A program made the position numbers and the translations under genes. From the IMG/VR virus record IMGVR_UViG_3300020440_000013: a DNA stretch of 20,000 nt. One strand, given 5' to 3'. Shown here one piece after another: positions 15,998 through 20,000 of the stretch; position 1 is the first letter of the stretch, and each line of letters starts with the position of its first letter. The notes beneath the pieces are model-generated. The model was not told where the DNA came from. It searched no databases and saw only the letters and a list, made by a program, of their open reading frames with translations. This DNA is from an uncultured virus (IMG/VR IMGVR_UViG_3300020440_000013) (lineage: Duplodnaviria > Heunggongvirae > Uroviricota > Caudoviricetes).

Positions 15998-17457
15998 ACA
16001 GTTGTAGGTTAATAATTCAGGATGAAGTAAACATTAAACTAGAAGGACTAGAGGTTGACGTACGACGAAAAATTGCTAATGCATTAAAGTTTGAAGTTCC
16101 GTATGCACGTTATATGCCACAATATAAACTAGGACGTTGGGATGGCAAAGTTGCTTTCTTTGGTATTGGTGGCACTGGTTATGTTAATCATCTTGATACT
16201 GTTGTTGACATTCTACAAAAAAATAATATTGAAATAACTGATATTGTAGATCATAGACAACATGTGGATTTACAATTTAACTCAGTTACAGAACGCTACT
16301 GGGCTGATCAAGGAGTACGTTGGCCTAAAGGTCATCCAGCAGAAGGCGAAGAGATTATTCTGCGTGACTATCAAGTAGAATCAATTAATAACTTTCTTAA
16401 GCACCCACAGAGCTTACAAGAAATTGCAACAGGTGCAGGTAAAACAATTACTACTGCAACACTTTCCCATATAACAGAAACATATGGGCGTAGTTTAATT
16501 GTTGTGCCTAACAAATCATTAGTTACACAAACAGAAGAAGATTATATAAATTGTGGTCTTGATGTAGGTGTATACTTTGGCGACAGAAAAGAGCTAGGTA
16601 AGACTCATACTATATGCACTTGGCAAAGTTTGAATATACTTGACAAGAAGCATAAGGATGGCTCAGCAGTATTATCACTAGCAGAGTTTCTAGATGGTGT
16701 AAGCACAATTATTGTTGACGAAGTACACCAAGCTAAAGCAGAAGTACTTAAAAACTTACTAACACGTAATTTAAAAAATGCTCCAATACGTTGGGGACTA
16801 ACTGGTACTATACCAAAAGAAAGTTTTGAATTTGAAAGTATTCATGCAAGTCTAGGCCCAGTAATTGGAAACATTACTGCAAAAGAATTACAAGACAAAG
16901 GTGTACTATCACAATGTCATGTTAATATTTGTCAACTAATAGATACAGTTGAACATAGAAACTATCAAGAAGAATTAAAGTATCTTGTTACGGATAAAAA
17001 AAGAATTGAGTATATAGGAAAACTTTTAAACAATGTAAAACAAACAGGCAATACATTAATACTAGTAGACAGAATATCTGCAGGTGAGTTATTAGCAGAG
17101 CTTATACCAGGAAGTGTGTTTGTAAAAGGCGATGTAAAATTAAAAGATCGCAAGGAGGCATATGATGAAATCAATGAAGGAACTAACCATGTCGTTATCG
17201 CCACATACGGTGTCGCGTCTGTCGGTATTAATATACCGCGTATTTTTAATCTTGTTCTCATTGAGCCTGGGAAAAGTTTTGTCCGGGTAATACAAAGTAT
17301 AGGCAGAGGCGTAAGAAAGGCAAAAGACAAAGACTTCGTTCAAATTTGGGACTTAACATCAACGTGTAAGTTTGCGAAGCGACATCTAACTCAACGTAAA
17401 AAGTTTTACAAAGAGGCAGAGTATCCATTTACAATAGAAAAAATAAATTGGAATTAA
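15994..17457 (+). CDS. uvsW: SF2 DNA helicase, UvsW-like
   Basis: GRWDGK, LRDYQ, Walker A ATGAGKT, Walker B DEVH, motif III TGT, SVGINIP, motif VI QSIGRGVR. TTG start with AAGGTG SD. Confidence 0.92.
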   Translation: MNSCRLIIQDEVNIKLEGLEVDVRRKIANALKFEVPYARYMPQYKLGRWDGKVAFFGIGGTGYVNHLDTVVDILQKNNIEITDIVDHRQHVDLQFNSVTERYWADQGVRWPKGHPAEGEEIILRDYQVESINNFLKHPQSLQEIATGAGKTITTATLSHITETYGRSLIVVPNKSLVTQTEEDYINCGLDVGVYFGDRKELGKTHTICTWQSLNILDKKHKDGSAVLSLAEFLDGVSTIIVDEVHQAKAEVLKNLLTRNLKNAPIRWGLTGTIPKESFEFESIHASLGPVIGNITAKELQDKGVLSQCHVNICQLIDTVEHRNYQEELKYLVTDKKRIEYIGKLLNNVKQTGNTLILVDRISAGELLAELIPGSVFVKGDVKLKDRKEAYDEINEGTNHVVIATYGVASVGINIPRIFNLVLIEPGKSFVRVIQSIGRGVRKAKDKDFVQIWDLTSTCKFAKRHLTQRKKFYKEAEYPFTIEKINWN

Positions 17458-17458
17458 T

Positions 17459-17965
17459 ATGAGGATATTAACGTTAGAAAATAAATGCTTTTCTTTAAAT
17501 AATCTTCCAGAAGAAATAACTGAAGATGTTAGATTTAGTGTACTAGATAATTCGGATGCAAACGATCCAGACTTCTTTTTTATGCCTTTAATTTTTGTAG
17601 AGAGCTTTAACAGTCCTGCAATGGTTATGGAGATTAAAGGACAAGAGATAACAATGCCTATTGATTGGAGTATAGCAATAGGAGATCAATGGAGTGGTGG
17701 CGACTGTGAAGTGTTACCACTTACAAGTATAAATGATAGAGGCTTTGAAGCTTTATTGTTTAATCCACTGTCCAGCTATAAGTTGGATTTTGCGGATATT
17801 AAGATAACTAATTTTTATAATGATGTTAAATGGTATTTCCCTAAAATGAAACCAGGACATCTTTTGTCTGTGCCTATCACCGAAGGTAATAAACCCGAGT
17901 GTGCATTTTTTGTTAAAGATATAAGCAGACAAAGCGAACTAATTGACTATTCTAAACTGTTATAA
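17459..17965 (+). CDS. Hypothetical protein, beta-rich (possible degenerate Hint-like fold)
   Basis: 168-aa ORF tightly coupled to uvsW. The fold suggestion is from pattern recognition only. Confidence 0.7.
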   Translation: MRILTLENKCFSLNNLPEEITEDVRFSVLDNSDANDPDFFFMPLIFVESFNSPAMVMEIKGQEITMPIDWSIAIGDQWSGGDCEVLPLTSINDRGFEALLFNPLSSYKLDFADIKITNFYNDVKWYFPKMKPGHLLSVPITEGNKPECAFFVKDISRQSELIDYSKLL

Positions 17966-17978
17966 CAAGGAGTAAACA

Positions 17979-18335
17979 ATGACATTAAAAGCAGGAAAGA
18001 TTTGGGGTCAGACGGAACTGATCCATGCAAACGGAGTATTAGAATTTCACCGTATTGAATATAAAGGTGGGTTCAAATGTTCAGAACACGAGCATAAATT
18101 TAAATGGAACGGATTCTTTGTTGAATCAGGAAAGATGCTTGTTCGAGTTTGGCAAGATGACCAAGAAGGTCTTGTTGACGAAACAATTTTATTACCGGGT
18201 GACTTTATGCAAGTTAAGCCTGGAAAGGTACATCAGTTTGAAGGTTTAGAAGACGGTGTAGCATTTGAACTATACTGGGCTGAATTTAACCATGACGATA
18301 TTGTTAGACGTACAGTAGGTACTTCGGTAAAATAA
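17979..18335 (+). CDS. Cupin-domain protein (sugar isomerase-like)
   Basis: KIWG, CSEHEH, FFVESG, LLPGDF..VKPGKVHQF, DDIVR. SD AAGGAG. Confidence 0.82.
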   Translation: MTLKAGKIWGQTELIHANGVLEFHRIEYKGGFKCSEHEHKFKWNGFFVESGKMLVRVWQDDQEGLVDETILLPGDFMQVKPGKVHQFEGLEDGVAFELYWAEFNHDDIVRRTVGTSVK

Positions 18336-18875
18336 ATGCTAACATCAGGATGGTATTTAAAACAACTTCAAGCATTACATAACGATCCAAAAAGGCCACA
18401 AGGCTTTGGAGGCAAGGTAAAAAAGTTAGGTGTATTAGAAAGTTGTATGCTAGACTGGTCAGTTACTGAAGCCTTAGACTACGGTTGTGGTAAAGGACTT
18501 ATGCTACAGCATTTACAACAAAAGTATCCTAGCATACAATTTACAGGATATGATCCTGCTGTAGAAAAATACGAGACTATGCCTGTAAGAAACTTTCAAA
18601 TGTTATACAGTGTTGATGTATTAGAACATATAGAACCAGAGTACTTAGACGGTGTTCTTGATAACATGAATCATTTATCAAACGAATATCTTTGGCTACG
18701 TATTGATACATTGCCTGCACGTAAAAGTTTACCAGACGGACGGAATGCACACTTAATATTAGAAACTCCAGACTGGTGGATTGATAAGTTAAATATTTTT
18801 AATGGAGATATAATTTATCAAAATTATAAGAAAGGAAAATTTGATGTTGCAATCAGAAAAACTAATTCCAGGTGA
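18336..18875 (+). CDS. Class I SAM-dependent methyltransferase
   Basis: ALDYGCGKG, GYDPA, DVLEHIEP, NAHL...WW. Confidence 0.88.
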   Translation: MLTSGWYLKQLQALHNDPKRPQGFGGKVKKLGVLESCMLDWSVTEALDYGCGKGLMLQHLQQKYPSIQFTGYDPAVEKYETMPVRNFQMLYSVDVLEHIEPEYLDGVLDNMNHLSNEYLWLRIDTLPARKSLPDGRNAHLILETPDWWIDKLNIFNGDIIYQNYKKGKFDVAIRKTNSR

Positions 18876-19116
18876 AGCACTGATATACGAAAGAGCTAAC
18901 GGTGTTGTATATGCACGATATAGAGATGCTCCACATAATAAAATACCAAGATGGGTAATAGGTGGTGATCCGGGTGCTGTTGCAAGAGCACAAGGCAAAC
19001 TATTAGACTACTCTGAATGGCAAGATCTATGTGACCTAACAGAACAAAACACTACATTAAAAAAAATAATGAATAAATTAATAACAACTTATTATATAAT
19101 GAAGGAAGAAAAATGA
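18844..19116 (+). CDS. Hypothetical protein
   Basis: About 90-aa ORF (LIYERANGVVYAR) with AAGGA upstream and an ATGA overlap with kdsA. Confidence 0.7.
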   Translation: MLQSEKLIPGEALIYERANGVVYARYRDAPHNKIPRWVIGGDPGAVARAQGKLLDYSEWQDLCDLTEQNTTLKKIMNKLITTYYIMKEEK

Positions 19117-19895
19117 GGATTATCGCAGGACCGTGTCAACACGAAACACTAGAAAAAAGTTTAGAAATTGCTATGGAGTGTCAAGGAGTTTGTGACAAAT
19201 ACGGCATCGACTATTATTTTAAAGCATCATACGACAAAGCTAATAGGTCTAATCTAAAAGGAATTAGAGGACAAGGCTTAGCAACTACAATGGAAGCATT
19301 TGCTGAATTAAAAGAACGCATTCCTGGCTTAAAAATTATTACTGATGTTCACAACCAAAATGAAATATTAAAGATAGGTGCATACTATAATGACATTGTT
19401 GATGCACTTCAAATACCTGCATTTTTGTGTAGACAAACTGACTTAGTACAAGCGGCTTGTAAAACAAATAAAATTGTCAATATTAAAAAAGGCCAGTTTC
19501 TAGCACCGTGGGATGTAGAAAACATATTGTCAAAAACAGAAGGTGCTAAAGAAGTATGGATAACTGAGAGAGGAACAAGTTTTGGATATAATACACTTGT
19601 TGTTGACTTTACCGGCCTGGACTACATGCTTAATAATATTAATGCTCCTGTGGTGCTTGATGCCACACACGCAGTTCAGAAACCAGGCGGCAATGGAAGT
19701 AGTAGCGGCGGCAACCGCGATTACGTTCCTGGCTTATGTCGTGCAGGTAGTGCTTTGGGTATTACAAATTTCTTTTTAGAAGTACACCACGACCCAGACA
19801 ATGCTCCAAGTGATGGACCTAATGCATTACACTTAACAGACTTTAAAAAAGTAGTAAAGGAAATACATGAATACAGCTATACTAATACCCGCTAG
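19113..19895 (+). CDS. kdsA: 3-deoxy-D-manno-octulosonate 8-phosphate (Kdo8P) synthase
   Basis: [63 protein letters not shown]. Confidence 0.97.
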   Translation: MRIIAGPCQHETLEKSLEIAMECQGVCDKYGIDYYFKASYDKANRSNLKGIRGQGLATTMEAFAELKERIPGLKIITDVHNQNEILKIGAYYNDIVDALQIPAFLCRQTDLVQAACKTNKIVNIKKGQFLAPWDVENILSKTEGAKEVWITERGTSFGYNTLVVDFTGLDYMLNNINAPVVLDATHAVQKPGGNGSSSGGNRDYVPGLCRAGSALGITNFFLEVHHDPDNAPSDGPNALHLTDFKKVVKEIHEYSYTNTR

Positions 19896-20000
19896 ATACG
19901 GTAGCACACGCTTCGATGGAAAGCCACTATGTATGTTAGATGGTGTTCCTATGATAAAACGTGTGTATGACGCTTGTACTGCGTCTAAGATACCAACATA
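19867..20000 (+). CDS. kdsB: CMP-Kdo synthetase (Kdo cytidylyltransferase), 5' part, truncated by the window end; not in the ORF track
   Basis: My translation from ATG 19867: [44 protein letters not shown], the typical IPARxxSTRFxGKPL start. Overlaps the kdsA 3' end. Confidence 0.88.
   Translation, partial: MNTAILIPARYGSTRFDGKPLCMLDGVPMIKRVYDACTASKIPT

Noticed and set aside
777..17343. Numerous short minus-strand ORFs in the track (e.g. 777-1067, 1925-2296, 2474-2812, 4760-5035, 9789-10088, 16965-17330)
   Set aside because: They lie antisense to well-supported genes and have no motifs or RBS. They are shadow ORFs.
358..17457. Introns or inteins in terL, uvsX or uvsW
   Set aside because: All three ORFs are continuous, of normal length, with motifs at the expected spacing.
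8190..18875. The two methyltransferases as DNA methyltransferases of a restriction-modification system
   Set aside because: They lack DPPY/NPPY or PC motifs, and their size and context fit small-molecule or sugar methyltransferases.
18055..19779. Alternative-frame + strand ORFs 18055-18249 and 19582-19779 (also 13483-13695)
   Set aside because: They are nested within well-supported genes, with no RBS or recognisable features.
1..20000. CRISPR array, tRNA, rRNA or IS element
   Set aside because: No regularly spaced repeats, cloverleaf or transposase seen. Intergenic gaps are all short.

Overview
An AT-rich, densely coding segment of a T4-like (myovirus-type) dsDNA phage. Core genes: terminase large subunit (gp17-like), ssDNA-binding protein (gp32-like), UvsX/RecA, UvsY and UvsW helicase. 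A ~7.4 kb sugar-modification island lies between uvsY and uvsW. It holds two paralogous GT-A proteins, a CDI-like GT-A domain, four paralogous KpsC/KpsS-like GT-B domains, a SAM methyltransferase and a nucleotidyltransferase-cupin fusion. A second cluster at the right end has a cupin, a methyltransferase, kdsA and the start of kdsB, which the ORF track misses. Most notable: (1) a phage-encoded CMP-Kdo pathway plus candidate Kdo transferases, partly behind late-type TAAATA elements; (2) a probable -1 frameshift or slippage at an A9 run that would fuse a 680-aa acidic protein to the next ORF; (3) face-to-face late-type promoters and several apparently leaderless genes; (4) a possible catalytically dead stand-alone Hint-fold protein. 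All family assignments come from motif recognition, not database searches.
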